From NCBI GenBank assembly GCA_016217925.1, contig JACRFK010000003.1, positions 8,364-72,363 on the forward strand: 64,000 nucleotides of DNA, read 5' to 3'. Below are positions 38,131-50,107 of the stretch, in pieces. The stretch comes from Candidatus Kaiserbacteria bacterium (GTDB taxonomy: Bacteria; Patescibacteriota; Minisyncoccia; Phycocordibacterales; UBA2100). The position numbers and the translations under genes were made by a program. The notes under the pieces were generated by a model. The model saw nothing but the letters and a program-made list of their open reading frames with translations. It made no database searches and had not been told where the DNA came from. Each line of letters begins with the position of its first letter. The stretch's first letter is position 1.

Positions 38131-39033
38131 TTATACGGCCGGTACAACTATGGTGGTTTCCTGTTTTTGTATGAGATATATTCCAAAGCTGGTCAGAACG
38201 AATCCTGCGAACATCCAAACGGTGAAAGATTCTTGAAAAAAGACCAAGGAATAGAGTGCTGCGAACACCGGTATGAGCAGATTGAAAGATGCCGCCACAT
38301 GCGCATCGAGATGTTTCAGGCTGCTGTTCCAAATGACCCACGGTATCGCTGTCCCGAATATCCCGATAGCAAGCATCGGGAGAGCTAACGACGGCGTGAG
38401 CGCGGTTAGCCCGTCAAAGCCTCCCCGCAGACCGATGAACATCGCGAGCAGTAGAGAGCCGAGCGTGACCGAGAAAAAGGTCACGTACAAGCCGTCGTAC
38501 TTGCGGACATAGACTTTCGAGTATGTTTTGTTCAAAGCGGATAATGACGCCGCGAAAAGTAATACCATCGAACCGAGAAAATACGCACTATCGGCATTCG
38601 CAAAGGGGTTCGCGCCGTTGAGAACGACTAAAATAACACCGAGGAACCCGATGCCAAGCCCCACCATCTTCCTATGCGATACCTGCTCGCTGAGAAGCAG
38701 CGTCGCAAGAACCGCAACAATGAGTGAGTTCGCATTTATAAGTATGGCGGCGACGACACTGTTGGTACTCGCAATTCCCATGACGATAAGGGGCGTGGGA
38801 GCGACAGCGCAGAAGGCGACCAATAGGAAGAAAACAAGGTCTCTCTTGGGCGGCAAGTGCAGAGAGTTCCGGTACGCCATAACCGGAACGAGGACAAGCG
38901 ACGCAATGAAGAAACGAAAAAAAGCTATCAGGTAGGGGTCTACCGTTCCGTTCAACGCTTTCACTATCGGGTAAAAAACCGCAATACCGGCCATGGAGAG
39001 GACCAGCAAAAAGGTCCACGTAAGTTTATTCAT
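38131..39033 (-). CDS. DMT/EamA family transporter
   Basis: About 10 TM helices, P..IAF.RF, L.E, W...L..L.A. Confidence 0.9.
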   Translation of the reverse strand: MNKLTWTFLLVLSMAGIAVFYPIVKALNGTVDPYLIAFFRFFIASLVLVPVMAYRNSLHLPPKRDLVFFLLVAFCAVAPTPLIVMGIASTNSVVAAILINANSLIVAVLATLLLSEQVSHRKMVGLGIGFLGVILVVLNGANPFANADSAYFLGSMVLLFAASLSALNKTYSKVYVRKYDGLYVTFFSVTLGSLLLAMFIGLRGGFDGLTALTPSLALPMLAIGIFGTAIPWVIWNSSLKHLDAHVAASFNLLIPVFAALYSLVFFQESFTVWMFAGFVLTSFGIYLIQKQETTIVVPAV

Positions 39034-39049
39034 ATAAGTTGCGGATGAC

Positions 39050-40633
39050 TCAACCCCATTCTATCGTCGCTGGTGGTTTGTCACTGATGCGGTAGACGAC
39101 TGCCCCCACTTCGCGGACTTCGTTGGTGATTCGACGGGAGACCTTTTCGAGAAATTCATAGGGTAGTTGGGCGAAGCGGGCGGTAAAGCCGTTGACACTC
39201 CACACAGCCCAGAGTGCGACCACGTGTCCGATTCCTGCGCCGTCGCCTTTGCTTTCGGTGTGCATAGAGTGGGTAAGCGTTGCGCCCGCTTGCCACACGG
39301 TCTGGTAGAGATTTGCCGCACGTAGCTCTTCTATGTAAATACCATCAATTGCCCGTGCAACGCGCAGACTCTCGGCCGTTACCTCGCCCTCGATACGGAC
39401 GACGAGCCCGGGGCCGGGGAATGGATGGCGCACGAGCAGGTCTTCGGGCACACTCATATCGCGGCCGATCTGGCGTGCGGAATCTTTGACCTCAGTCTCA
39501 AGCGGAGCGATTTCCGGTATGGAAAAACCAAGCTTCACGTTGTGGTGGACTTTAATCTCCGCGACGCGCGCTCCCGTCGCGTGGCCGTGTCCGCTTTCGC
39601 GCACGTCGGTGTAGAGCGTGCCTTGTGCGATGAAGTCCGCTCCGAATTCTTCTATCTGTTCCTCAAGTACTTCCTTATATACGCCGCGCATGACAAGACG
39701 CTTCTCGCGCATCGTCACGTGACCTTTGAGCGCTTTCAAGAATTCTTTCGTCGCATCAACTATTTCCAGCTCTATCCAATCCTCGTCGCTGAAGTATTTC
39801 TTCACATACGCCTCGTCGTCCGGCCTGTCGATGCCGCGAATGTACACGCCCTTGAGTGTAGCCCCCGCCTCTTTGAGCAGGTATGCAACGACCGAAGAAT
39901 CAGAGCCACCTGAAAGTGCGATAAGCACTTTCTTCCCCATGATCAATTTCTTGAGTGCGTCGATCTTTGCCTGCGCGACACTGTGAGCGGGGAAGCGGTC
40001 AGTGATGCCGCAGATTTTTACGAAATTTTCGTACATTTTTACACCTTCGGTCGTGTCGGTAACCTCCGGATGGAATTGCACGCCCCAAAGATGTCCGGAA
40101 TGCCCCGCTGCAACTTCGGTGTTGTCCGTCGAGCCGAGGACTTCGAACGGCGCATTGCTGATGGCATCGCCGTGACTCTCGAGGACCGGTGTTTCCTTCG
40201 CCACACCTTCAAAAAGCGGCGAGTCAGCTTTGATACGGAACGTATGGACGCCGAACTCGCGCTTCTCTTGCGGGGTAACCACTGCGCCGGCGTGCTTTGC
40301 CCACATCTGGAATCCGAGGCACACGCCGAGGGTGGGGATGCCGAGGTCGAAAATTGAGTTATCAAAAGGCGGCGGCTCGTTGAAGACGGATGCCGGTCCG
40401 CCCGAGAGAATGATGCCGGCGGGGGCGGCCATTTTCACATCTCCCGCTTTCACACTTGCCGGGTCGGCGACGACGGCGAAGACGCCGAGCTTTGCGAGTT
40501 GCTGCACGATGAGATGGTCGAACTGCGACCCCATCGAAAAAAGGAGAATAAAGTGCTTCGTCTGCCGCACCCGCATTTCCTCCGCTATCTCATTGAGAGC
40601 TTCAGGGCTGGCTCCCTTGAAGATGGTCAACAT
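39050..40633 (-). CDS. guaA: GMP synthase (glutamine-hydrolysing)
   Basis: GIILSGGPASV, GVCLGFQ, SHGD, QFHPEV, LSGGSDS, HPFPGPGL, KPPATIEW. Confidence 0.96.
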   Translation of the reverse strand: MLTIFKGASPEALNEIAEEMRVRQTKHFILLFSMGSQFDHLIVQQLAKLGVFAVVADPASVKAGDVKMAAPAGIILSGGPASVFNEPPPFDNSIFDLGIPTLGVCLGFQMWAKHAGAVVTPQEKREFGVHTFRIKADSPLFEGVAKETPVLESHGDAISNAPFEVLGSTDNTEVAAGHSGHLWGVQFHPEVTDTTEGVKMYENFVKICGITDRFPAHSVAQAKIDALKKLIMGKKVLIALSGGSDSSVVAYLLKEAGATLKGVYIRGIDRPDDEAYVKKYFSDEDWIELEIVDATKEFLKALKGHVTMREKRLVMRGVYKEVLEEQIEEFGADFIAQGTLYTDVRESGHGHATGARVAEIKVHHNVKLGFSIPEIAPLETEVKDSARQIGRDMSVPEDLLVRHPFPGPGLVVRIEGEVTAESLRVARAIDGIYIEELRAANLYQTVWQAGATLTHSMHTESKGDGAGIGHVVALWAVWSVNGFTARFAQLPYEFLEKVSRRITNEVREVGAVVYRISDKPPATIEWG

Positions 40634-40732
40634 GGAAGGATAATACCACATTCTTAGCCCAGGGTTTAAGCGGTGCCTTGCCGCCGCGAGTTTTCCACAC
40701 TTTTGTTCCCAATTGGGTTGCGATAGGCTATA

Positions 40733-40767
40733 GTGGTATATACTTTATCGCAGTGGGATAGAGTGGG
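40733..40767 (+). promoter_or_regulatory. MraZ-binding GTGG(G) direct repeats
   Basis: GTGG at 40733, 40753 and 40763 (10-bp phase) directly upstream of mraZ. Confidence 0.65.
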
Positions 40768-40771
40768 AAAT

Positions 40772-41215
40772 ATGGCAAATCTGCTAATTGGTGAATACGA
40801 ACACACGCTCGACGAAAAGAAGCGGGTCTCGCTTCCGAAAGTCTTCCGGTCCGCGATGGGGAAAAAGATCGTCGTGACGCGAGGGCTGGACCATTGTCTG
40901 TACGCATATTCGCGCGACGCGTGGGATATCGTCGCGAAGAAGTTGCAATCACTGTCGATGGTCAATCCCGACACGCGCGGATTCAACAGGTTCATGCTTT
41001 CGGGTGCTGCGGAAGTGGATGTGGACGGAGTGGGGAGAATACTCATTCCGGACCATCAGAAAGAATTCGCGGGCCTGAAGAAGAGGATTATATTTGCCGG
41101 TATTTCGGATCACGTCGAGATCTGGAACACGGAGGCGTGGAGTACCTACAAAGCGCATATCGAGAAGAACGCCGACAAGATGGCGGCGAAGCTCGACCAG
41201 ATAGGCGCCCTCTAA
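40772..41215 (+). CDS. mraZ: Division/cell wall cluster transcriptional repressor MraZ
   Basis: GEY.HTLD.K.R..LP, TRGLD.CL, D..GRILIP, EIW. Confidence 0.97.
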   Translation: MANLLIGEYEHTLDEKKRVSLPKVFRSAMGKKIVVTRGLDHCLYAYSRDAWDIVAKKLQSLSMVNPDTRGFNRFMLSGAAEVDVDGVGRILIPDHQKEFAGLKKRIIFAGISDHVEIWNTEAWSTYKAHIEKNADKMAAKLDQIGAL

Positions 41216-41227
41216 TTTCCGAGCACA

Positions 41228-41335
41228 AAAAATGAACTCATCTGCTTCGTTACGGGGCCCCGTGCAATTCTCCGCCGTACTGCGTGTACGTCTCCGAATT
41301 TCACTTCCCCGTGCCTCGCATCTGAATTCATCTTT
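41228..41335 (+). repeat. ~110-bp structured repeat (CCGTAC-N-GTACG core family), copy 1
   Basis: TGCTTCGTT...CCGTAC-TGCGT-GTACG...GCCTCGCATCT, shared with 47851, 49969 and 62171. Confidence 0.7.
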
Positions 41336-41436
41336 CGGCTCTTTTCCAAATTGGCAGCATCAGATTGCTGGAGAATTTCAATAACGTCATGCGCACACGA
41401 CGCTCTCAATTCTCCGGCAATCCGATGTTATCAAGG

Positions 41437-41463
41437 CCCCCCGTCGCTAAAGCTATGGAGGGT
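41437..41463 (+). repeat. 27-bp hairpin repeat (PPVAKAMEG) at the rsmH start
   Basis: CCCCCCGTCGCTAAAGCTATGGAGGGT; resembles 54058-54084. Confidence 0.6.
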
Positions 41464-42381
41464 AAACATCGAAGTGTTCTTTTACATGAAGCAATTGAAC
41501 AGTTGGCGATAGAACCAGACGATACGGTACTGGACGCGACACTCGGCGGTGCGGGTCACGCACTCGCGATTGCGCAAAAGCTCGACAAGGGGGGAACCCT
41601 TATCGGGATAGATGCAGATCACGATGCGGTAGTCCGCGCACAAGAAGCGCTCGCAGGTGTTGCGCCGAAAGTGCATCTCGTCGAGGGAAACTTCCGCAAT
41701 CTGAAAGCGGAGCTCGACAAACTCGGCGTCGCGTACATAACGAAAGCCCTCTTCGATTTAGGGTGGAGCTCATTTCAGCTCGACTCCGGAAGAGGATTCT
41801 CGTTGAAAGCAGATGAACCGCTTCTCATGACCTACTCCTCCTCCGAAGGAGGATCGGCCTCCGGCGGAAAGGACCCCGGCGCGCTTACGGCGGCGGCAAT
41901 CGTCAATGAGTGGTCCGAGGAATCGATCGCGGACGTCATCTTTGGGTGGGGCGAAGAGCGGTACTCGCGGCGTATTGCGAAGTGCATCGTGGAAAGACGC
42001 GAAAAGAAACCTTTCACGACCGCACGCGAGCTTGCAGAAGCCATCTACGAGGCGGTGCCTCCGAGATACCGCTTCGGCAAAATCCATCCCGCTACGCGCA
42101 CGTTCCAGGCACTGCGTATCGCGGTCAACGATGAGCTGGGGAGCCTATCGCAGGGACTCGCCGACGGATGGCAAGCGCTGTCGTGCGGCGGACGTATCGC
42201 GGTAATCACGTTCCACTCCATCGAAGACAGGCTCGTCAAACAAACGTTCAAGCAATGGGAGGAGGCGGGGGAGGGCAAACGCGTAACAAAAAAGCCCATC
42301 GTTGCCGGTGAGACAGAAACCTCCTCAAATCCAAGGTCCCGCAGCGCTAAATTGCGCGTCATCCAGAAAGTCCCGACGTAA
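41455..42381 (+). CDS. rsmH: 16S rRNA m4C1402 methyltransferase
   Basis: H.SVLL.E, D.TLGG.GH, DLG.SS.QLD..RGFS, HPATR.FQALRI.VN.EL, FHS.EDR.VK, NPRSRSAKLR; alternative start at 41425. Confidence 0.97.
   Translation: MEGKHRSVLLHEAIEQLAIEPDDTVLDATLGGAGHALAIAQKLDKGGTLIGIDADHDAVVRAQEALAGVAPKVHLVEGNFRNLKAELDKLGVAYITKALFDLGWSSFQLDSGRGFSLKADEPLLMTYSSSEGGSASGGKDPGALTAAAIVNEWSEESIADVIFGWGEERYSRRIAKCIVERREKKPFTTARELAEAIYEAVPPRYRFGKIHPATRTFQALRIAVNDELGSLSQGLADGWQALSCGGRIAVITFHSIEDRLVKQTFKQWEEAGEGKRVTKKPIVAGETETSSNPRSRSAKLRVIQKVPT
41839..41868 (+). repeat. 30-bp in-frame double-hairpin insert in rsmH (SSEGGSASGG)
   Basis: TCCTCC-GAA-GGAGGA-TCGGCC-TCC-GGCGGA. Confidence 0.85.
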
Positions 42382-42412
42382 AGTCGGGATCCCGACCGGA
42401 GCGTCGGGACTT
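42368..42412. repeat. CCCGAC/GTCGGG double-hairpin palindrome containing the rsmH stop
   Basis: AAGTCCCGACG-TAAA-GTCGGGATCCCGAC-CGGAG-CGTCGGGACTT. Confidence 0.8.
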
Positions 42413-42437
42413 CGTGTGATTGAAAAAATATAAAATC

Positions 42438-42839
42438 ATGAGAGCTCATATACACAAAATAAGTAAATACGCTCCCTCGATATTTCAAGGGAGATTTAAT
42501 TTTTCGTCCGCAGGGCGCGGCGTATCGCTTTCGATGGAACACCCTACAGAAGCAATAGCGCTCCGCGTGCTTTCTGTCGCGTTCATCCTTGTGGTGTGCG
42601 GCTATCTATATTTTGTCTCGGCATCAATTTTAAACGTCATCGCCCGCAAAGAAGCGCTCACGCGCATCTCGGTCATTCAGGGGACGATAGGGGGTTCGGA
42701 GCAGCGCTACTTCGAGCTTTCCAAGGGCATATCGCCAGCATCAGGACCTGCGCTCGGCCTCGCACCCATCGGCAAACAAGCCTACGTCTACCGTCCGGGC
42801 AATGTTGGAGCTGCTACAATTGCCCGTAATGAGATCTAG
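42438..42839 (+). CDS. FtsL-like single-pass protein (by position)
   Basis: One TM then a short coiled region, between rsmH and ftsI; start uncertain. Confidence 0.65.
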   Translation: MRAHIHKISKYAPSIFQGRFNFSSAGRGVSLSMEHPTEAIALRVLSVAFILVVCGYLYFVSASILNVIARKEALTRISVIQGTIGGSEQRYFELSKGISPASGPALGLAPIGKQAYVYRPGNVGAATIARNEI

Positions 42840-42857
42840 CAGGTATCGCTCTAGGCT

Positions 42858-44570
42858 ATGAAAGCGCGATTTGTCCTCCGCACACGGATACTGTGCGGCT
42901 GCTTTGTTTTTGTGGCGCTTCTTTTCATCGTGCGCCTCTACTTCGTGCAAATAGTGCATGGAAGTGCTTATCGAGACACCGCAAGCGCTCATTACGTGAA
43001 GCCGGATCCGGATACGGAGAATCGAGGCACTATTTATTTCACTACGAAAGATGGAGAGCTCGTATCGGCAGCAGTCATGCAGACAGGATGGCGGATAGCC
43101 ATCAAGCCGGACGAGATACGGGACGCCGAGAGTGTATATGCGCAGCTCAATGCACTTACGCCGATAGACCACGAACGTTTCTCTGCGAACGCAGCAAAAA
43201 AGGGCGACCCATATGAAGAGGTCGCGTTCCGTGTTCCGGACGATGTGGCACAGAAGATTCGTCCGCTCAAGATACCAGGAATCTTGCTCGTGCAGGATCA
43301 GTGGCGGTTTTATCCTGCCCGTGAACTTGCTGCACAAGCCATTGGCTTTGTCGGATACCAGGGAGATAGGCGCGTGGGTGTCTACGGCCTCGAGAAGAGT
43401 TGGCAGGACACACTCGTGCAGACGCAGAACGGCCTCTACATAAATCCTTTTGCCGAGATATTCACGAATTTGCAAGCGGTCACGTCGGTACATCCGGCAG
43501 GACAGCAAGGGTCAATCGTGACTTCTATCGAACCCTCTGTCCAACGTAATTTGGAAGATGTACTTGGCGGCGTCATGAAAAGTTATACGCCAAATCTCGC
43601 GGGCGGTATCATTATGGATCCACACACGGGTGCCATCATCGCCATGGCCATCCGTCCCACGTACGACCCGAATACATATAGTACCGTCACAAATCCGGCT
43701 GTTTTCCGCAACGCGCTCGTCGAAAGCACGTTCGAGATGGGCTCTATCATGAAACCGCTCACGATGGCGGCAGGCATCGACAAAGGGGTCGTAACGCCCG
43801 CGACCATGTACAAGGATACGGGTTGCATCGAGAAGAGCGGAAAGACAGTTTGCAATTCAGACCAAAAAGCCCACGGTCTCGTCAGCATGCAGATAGTGCT
43901 CAATCAATCCCTCAACACCGGCGCATCTTTTGTCGTCGACAGGATCGGCCACGAGGCTTTTGGTACATTCTTGCACGACTTGGAGCTCGACAAAAAGACA
44001 AACCTTGGCCTGCCGAGCGAAGCGGCGGGGCAGCTCAAATCGATAGAGAACGGCTACGATCTCGATTACGCGAGCGCTTCCTTTGGGCAGGGAATATCGG
44101 TCTCTGCCGTAGAAATGATCCGCGCGCTCTCCGTTCTTGCAAATGGAGGAGTCCTTCCAAATCCGCATGTAGTTACCGCGGTCAAACTCAGCAACGGCAT
44201 CACACGCTCCATAGACACCGGTTCCGGGCCGAGGGTCTTGAGCGCAAGCTCTACAGAAGCCGTGACCAACATGCTCGTCGAGACCTACGACACGGCACTC
44301 GCCGGCGGCTCCTTGAAACAAGAACATTACTCGCTCGCGGCGAAGACCGGCACCGCACAGATCGCAATACCAGGCGGCGGGGGATACTACACGGACCGCA
44401 CGCTTCACTCATTCTTCGGGTATTTCCCCGCGCGTGACCCGAAATTCATCATCTTTCTCATGGCCGTCGAACCGCACGGACAAGAATTCTCCGCCGCGAC
44501 ACTCTCGCGCCCGTTCTCCAACCTCGCGAAATACCTCATCAACTACTACAGCATTCCACCTGACAGGTAG
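42858..44570 (+). CDS. ftsI: Class B penicillin-binding protein (FtsI-like)
   Basis: RG.IY, R.YP, G..GLE, GSIMKP (SxxK), SLN (SxN), KTGTAQ; dcw context. Confidence 0.92.
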   Translation: MKARFVLRTRILCGCFVFVALLFIVRLYFVQIVHGSAYRDTASAHYVKPDPDTENRGTIYFTTKDGELVSAAVMQTGWRIAIKPDEIRDAESVYAQLNALTPIDHERFSANAAKKGDPYEEVAFRVPDDVAQKIRPLKIPGILLVQDQWRFYPARELAAQAIGFVGYQGDRRVGVYGLEKSWQDTLVQTQNGLYINPFAEIFTNLQAVTSVHPAGQQGSIVTSIEPSVQRNLEDVLGGVMKSYTPNLAGGIIMDPHTGAIIAMAIRPTYDPNTYSTVTNPAVFRNALVESTFEMGSIMKPLTMAAGIDKGVVTPATMYKDTGCIEKSGKTVCNSDQKAHGLVSMQIVLNQSLNTGASFVVDRIGHEAFGTFLHDLELDKKTNLGLPSEAAGQLKSIENGYDLDYASASFGQGISVSAVEMIRALSVLANGGVLPNPHVVTAVKLSNGITRSIDTGSGPRVLSASSTEAVTNMLVETYDTALAGGSLKQEHYSLAAKTGTAQIAIPGGGGYYTDRTLHSFFGYFPARDPKFIIFLMAVEPHGQEFSAATLSRPFSNLAKYLINYYSIPPDR

Positions 44571-44603
44571 TCGTTATCGTAAGTATTATCCACGATAGAA
44601 CAC

Positions 44604-44632
44604 TCTCATATTCTTAAGAATGTGAGAGTATG
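44604..44632. repeat. Palindromic direct repeat, copy 1
   Basis: TCTCATATTCTTAAGAATGTGAGAGTATG. Confidence 0.85.
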
Positions 44633-44637
44633 ATGAA

Positions 44638-44928
44638 ATGGTTGAAAAGAAGCTAAAAGGGCCAAAGAAGCTTGAACGGCATTTCAAAGGCGTTTCAAAT
44701 CACCGCCGTATTCAGATACTTATCCTGGTAGCAAAGCATCCGGAAATATCACTCTTTGACATCGCGGATTCGGTGAAAGGCAACGTGAAGACCATCTCGG
44801 AACACGTTCGGCGTCTTACGCTCGCGGGTTTGGTAGAGAAGCGCTACTCGGGTAGGGAAGTCCGACACGTCCTCACTCCCTACGGACGGACCTTCCATTC
44901 GTTTATAGAAAGATTCTCACGTTCTTAA
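44638..44928 (+). CDS. Winged-helix (ArsR-like) DNA-binding protein
   Basis: FKG.SN.RR..IL, IA..V......ISEH...L..AGLV.KR..G..V...LT..G. Confidence 0.85.
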   Translation: MVEKKLKGPKKLERHFKGVSNHRRIQILILVAKHPEISLFDIADSVKGNVKTISEHVRRLTLAGLVEKRYSGREVRHVLTPYGRTFHSFIERFSRS

Positions 44929-44943
44929 GAATGTGAGAGTATG
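44915..44943. repeat. Palindromic direct repeat, copy 2 (contains the HTH gene stop)
   Basis: TCTCACGTTCTTAAGAATGTGAGAGTATG. Confidence 0.85.
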
Positions 44944-45034
44944 GGGAATCTCGGTATCGGTCAAGTGGAAAAGAGTAGGATTTTAGGTATTATTTCAAGG
45001 ACGGGCCTATCGATTTTGATAGGCACCTGTTGAC

Positions 45035-45106
45035 GGCCCTATCGTCTATCGGTTAGGACACAAGCTTCTCAAGCTTGGAAGCCGGGTTCGATTCCCGGTA
45101 GGGTCA
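45035..45106 (+). tRNA. tRNA-Glu(CTC)
   Basis: GGCCCTA/TAGGGTC acceptor, arm CAAGC-TTCTCAA-GCTTG. Confidence 0.95.
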
Positions 45107-45114
45107 AAAAAATT

Positions 45115-45549
45115 ATGCACTACCTGCACACCATGGTTCGCGTAGAAAACCTCGAACGGGCGCTGGATTTTTATTGCGGAAAGTTGGGGCTGGTGGAAGT
45201 GAACAGACGGGAAGATAAAAAGGGGAGATATACGAATGTTTTTCTCAAGGCGCCGAATGATGATGTCTCGGCGCGACGGGCGCCGCTGCTTGAGCTCACG
45301 TACAACTGGGACGAAGAGAAGTACACGGGCGGGAGGAACTTCGGGCACTTGGCCTACGCGGTGGAAAATATTTATGACTACTGCGCGGAGCTGATGAAAA
45401 AGGGAGTCACTATCAATCGGCCGCCGCGCGACGGGCGCATGGCCTTTATCCGTTCACCCGAGGGAATCTCAATCGAGCTTTTGCAGATAGGGGAGGCGCT
45501 CGCACCGGCAGAGCCCTGGCAATCGATGCCGAGCGTCGGGACGTGGTAA
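45115..45549 (+). CDS. gloA: Lactoylglutathione lyase / VOC family protein
   Basis: [33 protein letters not shown]. Confidence 0.9.
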   Translation: MHYLHTMVRVENLERALDFYCGKLGLVEVNRREDKKGRYTNVFLKAPNDDVSARRAPLLELTYNWDEEKYTGGRNFGHLAYAVENIYDYCAELMKKGVTINRPPRDGRMAFIRSPEGISIELLQIGEALAPAEPWQSMPSVGTW

Positions 45550-45559
45550 AGTCTGTGAT

Positions 45560-46498
45560 ATGTCAAAAATACTGGTCGCAGGGTCCATCGCGTACGACCG
45601 CATCATGGATTACGGCGGTAATTTCACGGACTCTTTCGTTCCGGACAAATTGCATACGCTCAGCGTCAGCTTCCAGGTAGAGCGCATCAAAGAAGAATTT
45701 GGCGGAGTCGCAGGTAATCTTGCCTACAATCTGAAGCTTCTCGGAGAGGAGCCCGAAATGCTCGGGACCGCCGGCTCCGATTTCGGCCGGTATGCGCAAT
45801 ATCTGCAGAAGCTCGGCATCGGCGTCGGTTCTATACACATAGACCCGTCCGACCTCACTTCTGTCGCGCACATTGTGACCGACCGCGCCAACAATCAAAT
45901 AGCAGCCTTTGCGATGGCGGCGGGCGCGAAGCCGTACGGCCCCCTGCCCGACGAAGCTTTCGAGTGCGCCATCTTGGGCGCGGGATGTGTCAGCGATACT
46001 ATTGCCATCGCTGCACATGCAAAGGCGAAAGGCATCAAGTATTATTTTGACCCCGGCCAGGCAATGCCCGCATTTTCGTCCGAAGACCTGAAACAAGTAA
46101 TTTCCGGAGCAGCTGGTCTTTTTTGCAACGACTACGAGCTCGGTCTTATTGAAGAAAAAACGGGCTGGGATGAAGCCGCGCTCCCCACAGAGACGCCGCT
46201 TCTTGTCGTCACCCTCGGCGCAAAAGGCTCACGCATCAGCACCACAGAGGGTGTCGTCGAAGTTTCCGCCGTCCCACTAAAAAAACTTGTGGACCCGACG
46301 GGCGCGGGAGACGCGCACCGCGCGGGATTCATAAAGGGAATTATTGCGGGCTTGCCGCTCAAGCAGTGTGGGCAGTTGGCGAGCGTCGTCGCCGCATACG
46401 CGGTGGAAAATTTCGGCACACAAAATCACCGGTTCACTATTGCAGAGGCGAGCGAACGATACGAAAAAGCATACCGAGAAAAAATCGCACTACTGTAG
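45560..46498 (+). CDS. PfkB carbohydrate kinase, adenosine/nucleoside kinase-like
   Basis: GSIAYD.IM, GG.AGN.AY, FDPGQ, N.YE, TLG.KG, DPTGAGDA.RAGF. Confidence 0.88.
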   Translation: MSKILVAGSIAYDRIMDYGGNFTDSFVPDKLHTLSVSFQVERIKEEFGGVAGNLAYNLKLLGEEPEMLGTAGSDFGRYAQYLQKLGIGVGSIHIDPSDLTSVAHIVTDRANNQIAAFAMAAGAKPYGPLPDEAFECAILGAGCVSDTIAIAAHAKAKGIKYYFDPGQAMPAFSSEDLKQVISGAAGLFCNDYELGLIEEKTGWDEAALPTETPLLVVTLGAKGSRISTTEGVVEVSAVPLKKLVDPTGAGDAHRAGFIKGIIAGLPLKQCGQLASVVAAYAVENFGTQNHRFTIAEASERYEKAYREKIALL

Positions 46499-46517
46499 TA
46501 TAATCACACTCCATGGA

Positions 46518-47976
<1,459 letters not shown>

Positions 47977-47982
47977 ATAGGA

Positions 47983-48876
47983 ATGACTACCAAAATGCGT
48001 TCGTGTTTCCATATCGAAATAGTCACGCCGAAGAGGGTAGTACTCGACGGACTTTGGTTCGGTCTCAGGAAACCGAAGCGGCTGATTATTTTTGTGCACG
48101 GCCTCACCGGCTCACTCTTCAGCATGCGCCGTATAATGGATGTGATGGTGGGCGGTGGCACTGCGGTTCTTGTATTCAACAACCGCGGCTTCGAGCACGT
48201 CAGTGAATACAAGCAAAAGAAAGGAAAGAATTCGAAGTGGAAGGTCGGCGGGGCGGGGCATGAGATTTTTACGGAATGCGCCGACGACATCGAAGGTGCG
48301 GTGCGCTTCGCCCGCAGGGCGGGAGTAAAGAATGTATATTTGGCCGGACACTCGACCGGCTGCCAGAAGGCGGTCTACTGGGCGAGCAAGCACGCGGGGG
48401 GTCGGGCCGTAAAAGGCATCATTTGCCTGGGCCCCCTCAGTGACTATGCGATCGCTCTGGAACAGGATAGCGGCGGCAAACTGAAGCGCGCGGTCGCGTA
48501 TGCCCGTGCACTGGTAGCGAAAGGCAAGCCGCACGAGCTCATGCCGGTAGCGCTTGGACCGTGGTTTACGTGCGACGCGCAGCGGTTCTTGAGCTTGTGT
48601 ACGCCGGATAGCCCGGAAGAAATATTTTCGTACGCGCAACCAAAGAAGATGCCGCGCGCTTTGCGCGCGCTCCGAATACCTGTGCTTACGTTGCTTGCCG
48701 GAAATGAGGAGCACACCAAGCGACCGGCGGAGGATATCGCGAAGTGGCTCGAGGAGAATATCCGCACTCCGCACCGGGTCGTTATCGTGCTTGATGTCGG
48801 GCACGGATTCAAGGGCGGAGAGAGAGTCGTCCTCCGGACAATACGACAATTTTTAGCCTCTACGACGATACAATGA
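47983..48876 (+). CDS. Alpha/beta hydrolase (DUF1749-like)
   Basis: FVHGL, GHSTGCQ nucleophile elbow, P.SD, HGF. Confidence 0.85.
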   Translation: MTTKMRSCFHIEIVTPKRVVLDGLWFGLRKPKRLIIFVHGLTGSLFSMRRIMDVMVGGGTAVLVFNNRGFEHVSEYKQKKGKNSKWKVGGAGHEIFTECADDIEGAVRFARRAGVKNVYLAGHSTGCQKAVYWASKHAGGRAVKGIICLGPLSDYAIALEQDSGGKLKRAVAYARALVAKGKPHELMPVALGPWFTCDAQRFLSLCTPDSPEEIFSYAQPKKMPRALRALRIPVLTLLAGNEEHTKRPAEDIAKWLEENIRTPHRVVIVLDVGHGFKGGERVVLRTIRQFLASTTIQ

Positions 48877-48930
48877 GATGTCATCTCATTGTATCACGAT
48901 GCAGGTGAGAAATATGTTAGACTAGCGCGC

Positions 48931-50090
<1,160 letters not shown>

Positions 50091-50107
50091 GGTTGTAGTA
50101 TCAAATC

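Noticed and set aside
9369-44594. DnaA boxes (TTATCCACA at 9369 and 31658; one-mismatch at 40691 and 44586) as oriC
   Set aside because: Isolated single boxes with no cluster, unwinding element or dnaA/dnaN nearby.
11907-45106. tRNAs lacking encoded CCA as pseudogenes
   Set aside because: All eight lack CCA yet have intact cloverleaves, so post-transcriptional addition explains it.
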